A stretch of DNA of 64,000 nucleotides from Saccharolobus solfataricus P2 (GTDB taxonomy: Archaea; Thermoproteota; Thermoprotei_A; Sulfolobales; Sulfolobaceae). Below the pieces are notes generated by a model. It had not been told where the DNA came from, searched no databases, and saw only the letters and a list, made by a program, of their open reading frames with translations. How positions within the stretch are numbered: position 1 is the stretch's first letter; every line of letters starts with the position of its first letter. The stretch lies in NCBI RefSeq assembly GCF_000007005.1, contig NC_002754.1, one strand, 5' to 3'. Shown here one piece after another: positions 13,612-23,647 of this stretch. Made by a program: the position numbers and the translations under genes.

Positions 13612-14783
13612 TTTAACATCACTCCTATTTCACTTACCCAAATTCCAAAACTTTCCCAATTGAATTGAAAATCGGTAAATATTGTGTTTATCACGCTTTT
13701 CAAAAATAGGTTGAGATTGACTTGTGAAGGAGTGAGAAGTGATACTGAGTCGATAATCCCGTTATTTAACTTGACGTAATAGGCTAGATCACCAGATGGA
13801 CTCTCGACTCTGGCTAGTCCCTCTCCCCCTCCTTGTTTGTGATTTTTCCCTCTCTCGTTATTGCTGTTCTTTATTTCATCGTGTAACTCTACTAAAATTT
13901 TGGCCGACTCGATTATCTCCATTCCCCTAACTAGGAACCTTCCGAATGAGTCTGCCTCTTGTGTGATAACTGTTCTAAAACCTAAGTCTTCATAAGGTAA
14001 GGCTTTAAAGTCCTTTCTCGCATCGTAAGCGAGTCCAGCAGCTCTTGCAGCTGGTCCTATACTGTTTTCATCTATTATTTTTCCGTTTTCTTGGAGTCTA
14101 TCTATGAAGATTCTACTTTCAAGTAGCCCATCGAAGATTTGTTTAAATTCCTTGGTAATATCTATTATTCTTAATAAATTTCCGAAATCGCAGTTAACCC
14201 CGTTAATTGCATTAACGCCAAAGAAATACCTGTGACCACACATTTTGCCTATTAATCTGTTGACTTTTTCAACGAGGTGCAAGAGATGGTATGTAGGTAC
14301 GTTTAGTGATGTGGTTTCAGTTAATCTCGATATTACGAATAAGTGATTTCTTATTCTTTCCAATTCTATTTCGGCTATTCTCTTTAGTTGGGTTGGATAG
14401 TCTTGTTCTAATTCTAACGAATCTTCTACAGCGAGTAAAAAGGATATTGTGTGGGAAGCACTAAATGGAGCGTTTATTCTCTCTACTCTGAGTAAGGCAT
14501 CGTCCACAGTTAAACCGCTTATTACTATTTCTCTGTTCTTGTATACCTCAGCGTCTATTCCTAGAATTTTTTCACCATTAGTTGTAATAATGAATTTTAT
14601 TGTTTCGAGTAGTCCTCCAGCTGAGGGTCCGTAAATGAACTTGAATGATCCATACGTTTGTGTTATATTTGGTTTGTTTTCCTCACATTTCTCTTCTGTT
14701 ATCGTTTTTTCGTAGAGACAATAATCCCCTATTTTGCCTATTTTCCTTCCCTCGCCTTTTTGAGTCCATTTATAGTATTTCAT
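13608..14783 (-). CDS. HycE/HyfG/NuoD-like large subunit lacking NiFe-binding cysteines (Ehr type)
   Basis: YGPSAGGLLE, KRIAEIELERIRNHL, ARVESPSGDL. The RxCxxC position reads ERINAPFSASH and the DPCxxC position reads DFQFNWESF. Confidence 0.88.
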   Translation of the reverse strand: MKYYKWTQKGEGRKIGKIGDYCLYEKTITEEKCEENKPNITQTYGSFKFIYGPSAGGLLETIKFIITTNGEKILGIDAEVYKNREIVISGLTVDDALLRVERINAPFSASHTISFLLAVEDSLELEQDYPTQLKRIAEIELERIRNHLFVISRLTETTSLNVPTYHLLHLVEKVNRLIGKMCGHRYFFGVNAINGVNCDFGNLLRIIDITKEFKQIFDGLLESRIFIDRLQENGKIIDENSIGPAARAAGLAYDARKDFKALPYEDLGFRTVITQEADSFGRFLVRGMEIIESAKILVELHDEIKNSNNERGKNHKQGGGEGLARVESPSGDLAYYVKLNNGIIDSVSLLTPSQVNLNLFLKSVINTIFTDFQFNWESFGIWVSEIGVMLK

Positions 14784-16102
14784 GAAAGGATCACCAGTAA
14801 AAGTATACCGAGAACGAGTGGAATTATAGATGATACAAGAGAAATGAACGTGATTAGCTTGGGTTCTTCTGAGACTGTCAGCTCTCTTTGAGTGAATATC
14901 ATTTTGGTAACGTTATAGTTTATTGAGATGAAAGCTGTTGCCAGAGAAATTACTATTAATATAAACTCTATAATATAACCTTTTTGAATTAATGTTTGTA
15001 ATATGAAGAATTCTCCTATGAAAGTTGCAAAGGGTGGCGTACCAGTTACAGCTAGAGAGGACAATAATAGCGATACTGAGGTGAGTTTTAGTTTTGTATG
15101 TAAACCGCCTATGTTTTCAATTCTCTTTTCTCCAAGGACTTTCAATACAATTCCGCTAGAGTAAAAGGCACCCGCTTTGCCAAATGCGTGTGCAAGAAGG
15201 AGGATTATTGCTCCGAGGGGTTGGCCTATTGTAAGTCCAAGCAAGGCTAGGTTCATGTTTTCTATGGTTGAGTATGCAAACATTCTCTTTATATGCCATT
15301 GATAGGTTAGGATAATCGATGCGGTTATTATCGATAAAGTTGTGAATATTACAAAGATATTGGTTAATGGATTTACTTGATATACCATGTACACCACGTA
15401 AGTTGCGGCTGGAAGTAGTACTCCAGAAAATAATGCGCTTATTGGAGATGGCGCTTCGCTATGAGCATCTGGTAACCACGTGTACATGGGGAAAACTCCT
15501 GCTTTTGTTCCAAATCCTATTAAAGCTAGAGCTACCGCAAGTTTAGTTATTATGTTGTTTTCAGGTTTTGTAAGTATTTCCGTTACAGTTAATGTATGGT
15601 AATTATAGTAGATGAAAATTATTGAGAATAGGGCTAAGGTTACTCCAGCGGATACTATGATTATATACCTCCACGTGGCTTCCAGTGAGGTTTCAGATGC
15701 TTCCGCTATTATTAGAAGAGCTGAGGTCACAGTTGTGAGTTCTACCCCAACCCACATTAGACCGTAATTGTTCATAATAACGGTAAAAAGCATTGATGAT
15801 GCGAAGGAATTTAGTAGAATGTAGTATAATCTTTCACTTACTATTTTGCTTGGTTTTATATAATTCATGGAGTAAAGGGTAGATAGGAGATAAATTGATG
15901 CAATCACCAATAGGAAAAACGTTGTGAACTTAGTGATGAAGAAGAAAGAGTTTTTGATTGGTGCTAAGAAGTAAAGGAAGATGCTGATGATTGATGTTAG
16001 TACTGCTGATAGTACGGATAGGGTCTTAATTAGCTTGAGTTTGAAAAAGCCTACGTTACTTATTATAGGAATTAATAGTAAGAGTATGGGTTCAATATTC
16101 AT
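14780..16102 (-). CDS. Ehr/hydrogenase-4 membrane subunit, HyfF-like (NuoM/MrpD)
   Basis: WVGVELTTVTSALL, LEATWRY, GFGTKAG.FP...WLPDAHSEAPSP, AYSTIE. Confidence 0.88.
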   Translation of the reverse strand: MNIEPILLLLIPIISNVGFFKLKLIKTLSVLSAVLTSIISIFLYFLAPIKNSFFFITKFTTFFLLVIASIYLLSTLYSMNYIKPSKIVSERLYYILLNSFASSMLFTVIMNNYGLMWVGVELTTVTSALLIIAEASETSLEATWRYIIIVSAGVTLALFSIIFIYYNYHTLTVTEILTKPENNIITKLAVALALIGFGTKAGVFPMYTWLPDAHSEAPSPISALFSGVLLPAATYVVYMVYQVNPLTNIFVIFTTLSIITASIILTYQWHIKRMFAYSTIENMNLALLGLTIGQPLGAIILLLAHAFGKAGAFYSSGIVLKVLGEKRIENIGGLHTKLKLTSVSLLLSSLAVTGTPPFATFIGEFFILQTLIQKGYIIEFILIVISLATAFISINYNVTKMIFTQRELTVSEEPKLITFISLVSSIIPLVLGILLLVILS

Positions 16103-16107
16103 TTAGA

Positions 16108-16749
16108 TCACCCTTTTAGTTCATCTAACCTAGAATGTTCTGCTTTTTCTAACGTCAAAATTGAGGAAATTATAACTAGCCCTAATACATCAAGGAATAC
16201 ACTCACTTCTATTAAGAAGGGAATGGGTAGTAATAAAATACCAAAAAGAATTGTGGAGTTTTCTTCTTCTATGAAACCGATGAATTGAAATATTGTACTT
16301 TTTCTAGAAATAATAAGGAATAGACCCTGGAAGAGTAAGACAAAGGCGAACAATAGCATTAGCGTGTTGTTGATTTCCGTACTTATGGGTATTTTCTCCA
16401 ATACGAAATAATATACTACTAGAGATGCTATAATGGAAAATGCGAGATTCAATATTAGTTCAGATGCTACTCCCTTAGAGCTTTCTCTAGCTCCTGGTTT
16501 CTCTTTAACTAGACCTCTAAATAAAAATATTGTGATTAGTACAGTCCTCAGTAGTATTACTGTTATTCCTAAAATTATATAGTCGATGGAAAAAAGTGAG
16601 ATTCCTAGATGGAAGGCTAGAATTGCGATTAAGGTAGATTGAATGGCTTGTGCATATATTGCTGGTTTAAAGTAAGCTTGTCCTTGAATGTAAAAGGCTG
16701 AAATTAATATGAACGTTGAGAGTAGTTCTAGGATCTCTGAGTTAATCAC
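16108..16749 (-). CDS. Ehr/hydrogenase-4 subunit HyfE-like
   Basis: 213 aa membrane protein with QFIGFIEEEN and EVSVFLDVL motifs, lying between the hyfC-like and hyfF-like genes. Confidence 0.8.
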   Translation of the reverse strand: MINSEILELLSTFILISAFYIQGQAYFKPAIYAQAIQSTLIAILAFHLGISLFSIDYIILGITVILLRTVLITIFLFRGLVKEKPGARESSKGVASELILNLAFSIIASLVVYYFVLEKIPISTEINNTLMLLFAFVLLFQGLFLIISRKSTIFQFIGFIEEENSTILFGILLLPIPFLIEVSVFLDVLGLVIISSILTLEKAEHSRLDELKG

Positions 16750-16756
16750 TATACCT

Positions 16757-17710
16757 TCACCCCAACAAGACAGTAAGCGTTAATGAAAGTAGGGAAAGGA
16801 GGAACGCCACTGCGAGATAATCCTGAACTTTAAATAGCCTTAATTTAGCTAGGGTGGTGTTTATTATAACGCTAATAAGGATTAGGAGTAACCATTTGCC
16901 GAACATCACCGCAATGTCTATTAAAGAGCCTATAATTCCAACTTGCAAAAACCAAGGGAATATAAATACGTTTAGGAGTACTGAGCCTAATAGATATTGT
17001 TTGATGTAAGAACCCCACTTTAGTATTGCAAGTAATTTTCCGCTATATTCGTAGAGAACTCCATCGTCTATCATACCCATTTCGCTTAGTCCAGGACTCT
17101 CTACGGGTAATTTACCGGTTTCGAATAACCATAACATGAAGAATGAGATCGATACGAAGATGTGGTCTAGTTGAAAGTAATGAGAGAGGCTTTGGGAAAC
17201 GTAATCTAATGTTACGTAAGGGTTGTTTGTACCAGTTATTAGTGCAACGCCGAAGAAAACCGTTATCAGTGTAGCTTCAGATAAGAAAGTGAAAGAGAGA
17301 ATTCTACTTACTCCTAATGCTACGAAATTACTTCCACTTTCTAGGGAGGCAATTATTTTTATGAACGCAGCTAAGGAGAAGAGTAATGCTCCCCCTAAGA
17401 AATCCACCGTAGGGGTGAGTAAGATGGGCACTGGATAAACTACTGGGATGACGAAGGAAATAAGGAGATAAATCCCAAAAACTATGTAAGGAGCATAAAC
17501 AAATAGAGATAATGAGTTATTTGAAATAACGGTTTCTTTTCTTAGTAGTTTAATTATATCATAGTAAGGTTGCAGAACACTGGGGCCTTTACGCCCTTCT
17601 ATTATGGCTTTTCCCCTATCGTAAATTCCTTGATATAATGGGGATAGTAGAATAACTACAATAACTTGAGTTATGGTTAAAACTACTATCTGAGCTTCAT
17701 TTGGCGCCAT
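16757..17710 (-). CDS. Ehr/hydrogenase-4 subunit HyfC/HycD-like (NuoH family); first gene of the operon
   Basis: GRKGPSVLQPYYDIIKLLRKE, ETGKLP, EYSG. ATG at 17710 is preceded by the SD-like GGGTGG. Confidence 0.88.
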   Translation of the reverse strand: MAPNEAQIVVLTITQVIVVILLSPLYQGIYDRGKAIIEGRKGPSVLQPYYDIIKLLRKETVISNNSLSLFVYAPYIVFGIYLLISFVIPVVYPVPILLTPTVDFLGGALLFSLAAFIKIIASLESGSNFVALGVSRILSFTFLSEATLITVFFGVALITGTNNPYVTLDYVSQSLSHYFQLDHIFVSISFFMLWLFETGKLPVESPGLSEMGMIDDGVLYEYSGKLLAILKWGSYIKQYLLGSVLLNVFIFPWFLQVGIIGSLIDIAVMFGKWLLLILISVIINTTLAKLRLFKVQDYLAVAFLLSLLSLTLTVLLG

Positions 17711-17733
17711 ACTTCCCACCCTTTTGTGGTGAA

Positions 17734-17804
17734 GTAGGCGTCATCAGCCCCTATCATTAATCAAGAGGCGGTTCGGGGTTATCCCCAGGGGGACGCCATC
17801 CCCT
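17734..17804 (-). promoter_or_regulatory. Fluoride riboswitch (crcB motif)
   Basis: Minus strand reads AGGGG-ATGGCGTC-CCCCT (P1), an extra hairpin GGGGATAACCCC, GAACC, GCCTCT..AGGGGC (P2), TGAT-GACGCC-TAC. GGCGTC/GACGCC form the pseudoknot. All crcB consensus elements are present. Confidence 0.9.
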
Positions 17805-17845
17805 ACTTCATTGAGTAAACTCCGCATGTTAATATCGAAGCAAAC

Positions 17846-17856
17846 TATTTTAAAGC
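17846..17856 (-). promoter_or_regulatory. Probable TATA box of the riboswitch/Ehr operon
   Basis: CTTTAAAATAG on the minus strand, predicting a start near 17820, just 5' of the aptamer. Confidence 0.45.
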
Positions 17857-18454
17857 TATCGCTACACCATAAGGATGAAGTAAACTCGAACTATATTATT
17901 GTAAATGCTACTTAGGCTGGAAATAGAATCGAATACTAATTTATTGTATCAAGTATATTTAATAGCCTAAAATCAAACTATTAAAATTAATAAATATATA
18001 ACAATAGATCGAATTTATAGAGCCTTTCTTTTATCAAGGAACGAAGTAGATAAACGAAGATAAACATAAAATATTTTTAACACAACTCGTACGTCATGTT
18101 CTGGGTTTTTATATCCTCTTCAAAAATAAGAGTTAAGTAAAGAAATCAGAGAGGAAATGTTGTTCCTCCTTCTTCAAACAAACTAGATCTTTCAAAATGT
18201 TAAACCTGGAAGTCACATGACCTACCTAAATCTGTCAAGTATCTGATAACTTTATTATCACTATTGTACGAGCTCACATTAGACAAAAATACTACAAAGC
18301 TAAAATGTGATCTCAGACTAGCCGTACTTCCTCTCAAACGAGAGATGTAATTCCGAATCAATGAGAAGAACCAACCTAACTCATCTTTTAGATTAATGTA
18401 AATAATGGTCGAATTATCGTATTTTTCTCCTTTTAAGCTTTATCCATTTAAGTA

Positions 18455-18865
18455 TTGATTATCATGATAGGCAAGGTAATTGTTGTACTAGCAATCATTC
18501 TAGTAGGAGTATTTCTCTTAACTCATACTAACCTATTCTATCATCCACAGACTCCAGTTTCTAAAGGGCAAGAGTACTATACGACTACAAATGTTCAAAA
18601 CATAACTTATCAATTTGGTATAATATCAAATGTGTCAACAAATTACACTGTTCCCTTGAAGTTAAGTTATGGCAATGTTACAATTAAAGTAATGGGACAT
18701 AACGCGTTTAACTTAACCGTGGTAAATAACTCCACTGTAATTTACTCTGGTATAGTTGATAGATATTTTAGTAAGACATTTATCATTGGTGGCGATGTTA
18801 AGTTAGTGTTTTCATCAAGGCAAGGGTTAGAAGTTAATGTAACGATTTTTGATGTGTTAAGTTAG
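18455..18865 (+). CDS. Hypothetical membrane-anchored/secreted protein
   Basis: N-terminal hydrophobic helix, N/T/V-rich body with NxS/T sequons; start may be ATG 18464. Confidence 0.7.
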   Translation: MIIMIGKVIVVLAIILVGVFLLTHTNLFYHPQTPVSKGQEYYTTTNVQNITYQFGIISNVSTNYTVPLKLSYGNVTIKVMGHNAFNLTVVNNSTVIYSGIVDRYFSKTFIIGGDVKLVFSSRQGLEVNVTIFDVLS

Positions 18866-18896
18866 TTTTTTCTTTTTATCTTCCATTTCTTTTTGT

Positions 18897-19595
18897 ATGT
18901 ATAAGTACTTTGACGCTCATTGCCATTATTCCTATTTAAAGAAGAAGTATGAAGGTTATCTTATAGCTGCGGTTTCAATGGATTACCAATCCGCTATGGA
19001 TACTTTCTCCTTAAAGAGTGACAACGTATTAGTAGGAGTTGGTATTCATCCTTGGCGTGTTCATGAGGAGGATCTGACTAGAATTTTATCGTTGATTATT
19101 AAAGCTGATTTCGTTGGAGAAGTTGGTTTGGATTACAGATTCGCTAAGGCTCCTAAAGAATTGCAGATTAAATATTTTGAGGAGCAGATAAAAGCGGGAG
19201 AAGGTAAGTTGATAAACGTCCACGCTTTAGACGCTTGGAAAGACGCTTTCAACATTTTAGTTAAAAACGACGTGAAGAGTGCTATCTTTCACTGGTATAC
19301 TGGTCCCATTAATCTGTTGAAGGATATTGAGAGTGCTGGGTATTTTATTTCTATAAATCCTTCCGTTTCTTTCCAGAAGAAGCATCAAGAAGTGTTGAAA
19401 AATGTCGACCTAAAAAACGTTCTTACAGAGAGTGATGGTGGGTATGAATATAGGGGTAAGCTATTAGAACCTAGTGATATACCTAACGCTATCTCATTTA
19501 TGAGCAATTTTTTAGGTATAGAAGAGTATAAGCTAGTGAGAATAATAAGCAATAATTTTTTCAAAGCTTATGGAGTAAACCCAGTTAATAATTGA
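18897..19595 (+). CDS. tatD: TatD-family nuclease/hydrolase
   Basis: DAHCH, GVGIHPW, VGEVGLDY, FHWYTG, LTESDG. Confidence 0.9.
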   Translation: MYKYFDAHCHYSYLKKKYEGYLIAAVSMDYQSAMDTFSLKSDNVLVGVGIHPWRVHEEDLTRILSLIIKADFVGEVGLDYRFAKAPKELQIKYFEEQIKAGEGKLINVHALDAWKDAFNILVKNDVKSAIFHWYTGPINLLKDIESAGYFISINPSVSFQKKHQEVLKNVDLKNVLTESDGGYEYRGKLLEPSDIPNAISFMSNFLGIEEYKLVRIISNNFFKAYGVNPVNN

Positions 19596-19649
19596 TATTA
19601 ATACGGATAGTAAGATCGTTTTAAATTTTCTAGATCAGTATACTATTGT

Positions 19650-21623
19650 ATGGAAGTTAGGAAAACCATATGCCCTTTCTGTGGTGTAGGTTGTGGTCTA
19701 GATTTTTATGTAGAGAATAACTTTATATTTAGGGTATCTCCATCACAAGAGCACATTGTTAGCAGAGGACACGTTTGCGGTAAGGGCGCTGTTGCTTCAG
19801 AAGTAATTTACGCCTGGGACCGTTTAACTTATCCTTTAAAGAGAGTTAAGGACACTTTCGTTAGGACTACTTGGGATGAAGCAATTAGCGATATTGCTAG
19901 CAAGTTAAAGGAAATTAGGAGTAAGTATGGCTCAGAGGCTATTGCCTTTTACGGGGGTTGTCAGAATACGTTGGAGGAAGGATATTCGTTCATGAAGTTG
20001 GCTAGAGCTTTGGGTACTAATAATGTTGACTCGTGTGCTAGGGTTTGTCATGAGCCCTCTGCAATGGCTTTAAAGGAGTTAGTCGGTATTGGAGCTTCTT
20101 CTGTTACCGTTTCTGAAATTTTGAATGCTAGAAATATTGTAATTTCTGGAGAATCTGTGACTGATAGCCATCCCGTTTTGTCTCAATATTTAGTTGAGGC
20201 TAAGAGAAAGGGTGTGAAAATTGTAGTTATTGATCCTAGGATGACTGGTACTGCTAGGATTGCTGATTTGTTTTTACAGATTAGTAGTGGTACTGATATT
20301 TATCTATATAACGCTGTTGCGAATTATTTGATAAGTAACGGATTATATGATAGTAAGTTCGTTAAGGAACGTGTTGAGAACTTTGATGAGTTTAGGGAGA
20401 TTGTAAAGTCTTATACTATTGAGGAAGCCGAGAGGATTACTAGTGTTAGTAAGGATAAGATTATTGAGTTCGCTAGGATTATTGCAAATAAGCCTACAAT
20501 ACTCTCATGGGGTTTGGGTTTAACTCAGTCAAGTGGCGTTAATGCCGTAAAGGCTTACATTAACCTAGCATTGCTTACTGGGAATGTTGGTATTAATGGT
20601 GGGGGACTATTAGTTTATAGGGGTCAAACAAATGTTCAAGGTTCTGGTGATTTAATAAAGCCAGATGTTTTCCCAAATGGTCCAATGAATGAGGAAAACG
20701 CTAAGGAGTTGAGTAAGATTTGGGGTTTTGTTCCTCCAATCAAGAAGGGTTTGAGCATAACTGAGGCTTTTCTAAGGGATAGTAATGTTAAGGCACTTTT
20801 TCTAATGAATTACAATCCAGCTTTTAGTTTGCCAAATAGATACAAGGTTATTAAGTTCTTGAAGTCGTTGGAATTGTTAGTAGTAATGGATCCGTTTATG
20901 ACTGAGACTGCTAAATATGCACATTACGTTTTGCCTACTCCTTTATGGGCTGAAAAGGAGGGTTCAGTTACTAATTTAGATCGTACTGTTAAGTGGAGGT
21001 TTAAGGTTGTTGATCCTCCTGGGGAGGTTAGGAGTGAGTTGTGGATAATTAAGAGGATTGCTGAGAAGTTAGGTCTTACTGGTTTTCATGACGATCCTAA
21101 ATTGGTGTTTAAAGAGATAAAGGAGGTTGCAAAGTTGTACTCTAATTTGACCCTTGATGAATTGATGGATTACTCTGTAGACTCCAGGTATCCTGATCAC
21201 GAGTCTAGTCTGTACAAGGATAGGTTTATGACTCCTAGCGGTAAGGCTAAGTTTGGATTAGTTAGGTATAACGAAATATCTGGTGATAGTTACATTTTAA
21301 TTACTGGTAGAGTTGTGACTAGGTATAATTCTGATGAGTTGATCAAGAGAGTCCCAGGATATAGGAATTTCAGTTCTGATTTGTTGATAAACCCAGAGGA
21401 TGCTACAAAGCTGAATATCAAAGACGGGGATATGGTTAAGGTTGTTTCTAAATGCGGCATGGCTGTGATGAAAGCCAAGCTAACTAACGAGGTTAAGGTT
21501 GGTCATACGTTTGCTTATATGCATGATTACTATGTAAACAACGTTGTCTGTGACGATTTAGATGATATTTCTAAGACTCCAAGATATAAGATAACCTTTG
21601 TCAAGATTGAAAAATTGGGATAA
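19650..21623 (+). CDS. Formate dehydrogenase alpha-subunit-like molybdopterin oxidoreductase (FdhF-like, Cys ligand)
   Basis: CPFCGVGC...C [4Fe-4S] motif, SCARVCHEPS metal-ligand motif, RGQTNVQG, WAEKEGSVTN. Confidence 0.88.
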   Translation: MEVRKTICPFCGVGCGLDFYVENNFIFRVSPSQEHIVSRGHVCGKGAVASEVIYAWDRLTYPLKRVKDTFVRTTWDEAISDIASKLKEIRSKYGSEAIAFYGGCQNTLEEGYSFMKLARALGTNNVDSCARVCHEPSAMALKELVGIGASSVTVSEILNARNIVISGESVTDSHPVLSQYLVEAKRKGVKIVVIDPRMTGTARIADLFLQISSGTDIYLYNAVANYLISNGLYDSKFVKERVENFDEFREIVKSYTIEEAERITSVSKDKIIEFARIIANKPTILSWGLGLTQSSGVNAVKAYINLALLTGNVGINGGGLLVYRGQTNVQGSGDLIKPDVFPNGPMNEENAKELSKIWGFVPPIKKGLSITEAFLRDSNVKALFLMNYNPAFSLPNRYKVIKFLKSLELLVVMDPFMTETAKYAHYVLPTPLWAEKEGSVTNLDRTVKWRFKVVDPPGEVRSELWIIKRIAEKLGLTGFHDDPKLVFKEIKEVAKLYSNLTLDELMDYSVDSRYPDHESSLYKDRFMTPSGKAKFGLVRYNEISGDSYILITGRVVTRYNSDELIKRVPGYRNFSSDLLINPEDATKLNIKDGDMVKVVSKCGMAVMKAKLTNEVKVGHTFAYMHDYYVNNVVCDDLDDISKTPRYKITFVKIEKLG

Positions 21624-21656
21624 ATTATTTTTAAAAAGGAAGGTGTTTCTCTATAT

Positions 21657-22400
21657 ATGTCTGAAGTTGCTATTGTAACCGGAGCATCAAAAGGTATAGG
21701 GAGAGCTGTTGTTAAGTTACTTAAGGAGAATAATTATACTGTTGTTTCGATTTCTAGGAGTAAATCGGATATTGGTGATGTAATTTATGATGCTGATGTC
21801 AGTGATAGGAGCACTGTATTTAGGATTGTAAATGAGGTACTGGAGAAGTTTGGCAAGATTGACGTCTTGGTTAATAATGCAGGTTTTGGAGTTTATGGAT
21901 CTTTTTTAGAGACTGATTTAAACGAGGAGGAGTACATGATTAGGACTAATCTTCTAGCCCCACTATACTTCATGAAGGCCGTGCTTCCACATATGGTTTC
22001 TAGGAGGAAGGGAAGTGTTGTTAACATCGTTTCGGAAGCTGCTTACGTATCTACACCCAAGCTTTTAGTTTACTCGGCAACTAAGGCTGGTTTAGCCAGT
22101 TTAACTAATGGCTTGTGGGCTGAAATGAGGAAATATAATGTTAGGGTAAGTGGTGTTTACCCTGGCCCTGTCAGGACTAATTTTACCTCTCATCCTTCAT
22201 TTAAAAAGAATAATGGCGATCCTTTTGCTAATTATAGCGTTGAGCCAGAGGCTGTAGCTAAAGCCGTTCTAAAAGCAATAAGGACTGGTAAGAGGGAGAT
22301 TTATGTACCTTCAAGGTTGAAATTGGACCCCTATTTCCTTAAGCTTGCTAACCTTTTCCAGAGTTTCACTTATACTATAGTAAGTAATTATTTTAGCTAA
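21657..22400 (+). CDS. Short-chain dehydrogenase/reductase
   Basis: TGASKGIG, NNAG, YSATK. Confidence 0.92.
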   Translation: MSEVAIVTGASKGIGRAVVKLLKENNYTVVSISRSKSDIGDVIYDADVSDRSTVFRIVNEVLEKFGKIDVLVNNAGFGVYGSFLETDLNEEEYMIRTNLLAPLYFMKAVLPHMVSRRKGSVVNIVSEAAYVSTPKLLVYSATKAGLASLTNGLWAEMRKYNVRVSGVYPGPVRTNFTSHPSFKKNNGDPFANYSVEPEAVAKAVLKAIRTGKREIYVPSRLKLDPYFLKLANLFQSFTYTIVSNYFS

Positions 22401-22483
22401 CACATACGGGAGAAAAATTATAAAATGTTAAGGTTATTTTGTTAGAGAAAAATTTATTACCGGAAATATTACTGGCTATACAT

Positions 22484-23647
22484 ATGCCGTTAAATAAAGG
22501 GTTAACTAGGGTTAAAGCTATCGTGATAATAATTGTTGTTATAATCGCAGTGATAGCTGGGGTTGTAGGATATTATTTAATTAATCATCCTTCTAATTCT
22601 GTAACTACTTCATCTTCATCTACTACAACTAGTTCTTCCCTATCTAGTACTAGCATATCTTCATCTACTACTAATATTACTTCATCTCAAGGTATTACAG
22701 TCTTCGTAGCGGGTGCTTATCTTGCAATTCTCAACTACCTAGCTGACCAATTTCAGAACGCTACTGAAATTCCAGTTCATGTTGTAGGTAGTGGCTCCTT
22801 CGCATTAGCTTCACAAATAGCTTCCCAGACTCCAGTTCCAGCAAACGTTTTCATTCCAGTTGCCTATATTCAAGCTGTTGAGTTAACTGGCAGTAGGAAT
22901 CCCGGTTGGGCTATAGCTTTTCTATCAGATCAGATGACAATAGTTTACTCTAACTACACTACCAAATCTCCTTATTGGTCCCAACTATACTCCAATTACA
23001 CCATGGCTATGGAGACCAACAATACTAAGTATTGGTATAATTTCTTCTACTTATTGACCACCAGGTTCAGTCTGGGAATTGCTAATCCTAACACTGACCC
23101 AGAGGGATTATATGCGTATTTGATACTTCAAATGGCAAGTTATTTATATGCTAATCATAATATAAGCTACTTTGTGCATCTCGTTAAAGCGAATCCAAAT
23201 GTCAAAGTAGCCCCTAGTACAGCTAACTATGTAGCGCCCTTAAAGGCGGGTACTTTAGACTTCACATTCTCTTATGTTTCCTATGCTGTATCTCAAGGAT
23301 TGGAATATCTAAAACTACCTCCTTGGTTAAGTTTTGGTTATTATCCGAACGAGACGACATGGTACAGTCAATTTGCTTATAATATAAGTGTAAATGGCCA
23401 AACATTAACAATTCATGGAAATCCAGTTTACTTATACATTACCATTCCATTAAACGCTTCGAATATACAAACTGCATATCAGTTTATTGGCTTCGTACTG
23501 GGTCATGAATCTCAACTTACCAGATTTAATGTAATTCCAATACAACCAGCTTTATTGTATAATGAAACTAGTAATATTCCGCAGCCTATATTGAACTTGT
23601 TAAAATCTGGTGAGTTGAAGTATGCGGGTAATTTCTCTGAAGTTTAA
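22484..23647 (+). CDS. ABC substrate-binding protein, molybdate/tungstate (ModA/WtpA-like), membrane-anchored with a Ser/Thr linker
   Basis: VFVAGAY, GSGSFALASQI, ANPNTDPEG motif; N-terminal TM helix then an S/T-rich spacer; ATG at 22484. Confidence 0.75.
   Translation: MPLNKGLTRVKAIVIIIVVIIAVIAGVVGYYLINHPSNSVTTSSSSTTTSSSLSSTSISSSTTNITSSQGITVFVAGAYLAILNYLADQFQNATEIPVHVVGSGSFALASQIASQTPVPANVFIPVAYIQAVELTGSRNPGWAIAFLSDQMTIVYSNYTTKSPYWSQLYSNYTMAMETNNTKYWYNFFYLLTTRFSLGIANPNTDPEGLYAYLILQMASYLYANHNISYFVHLVKANPNVKVAPSTANYVAPLKAGTLDFTFSYVSYAVSQGLEYLKLPPWLSFGYYPNETTWYSQFAYNISVNGQTLTIHGNPVYLYITIPLNASNIQTAYQFIGFVLGHESQLTRFNVIPIQPALLYNETSNIPQPILNLLKSGELKYAGNFSEV

Noticed and set aside
17734-17812. Reading the leader as a C/D sRNA (ATGAAG...CTGATGA)
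   Set aside because: Box spacing is wrong and no guide match was found; the crcB pseudoknot explains every element.
18000-18420. Possible IS remnant in the Ehr/18455 intergenic gap
   Set aside because: No transposase motif or terminal repeat that I could identify.
19650-21623. Selenocysteine in the Fdh-like gene
   Set aside because: The ligand codon is TGT (Cys); no in-frame TGA.
22600-22690. Ser/Thr tandem-like repeat
   Set aside because: Ordinary low-complexity linker of Sulfolobales binding proteins.
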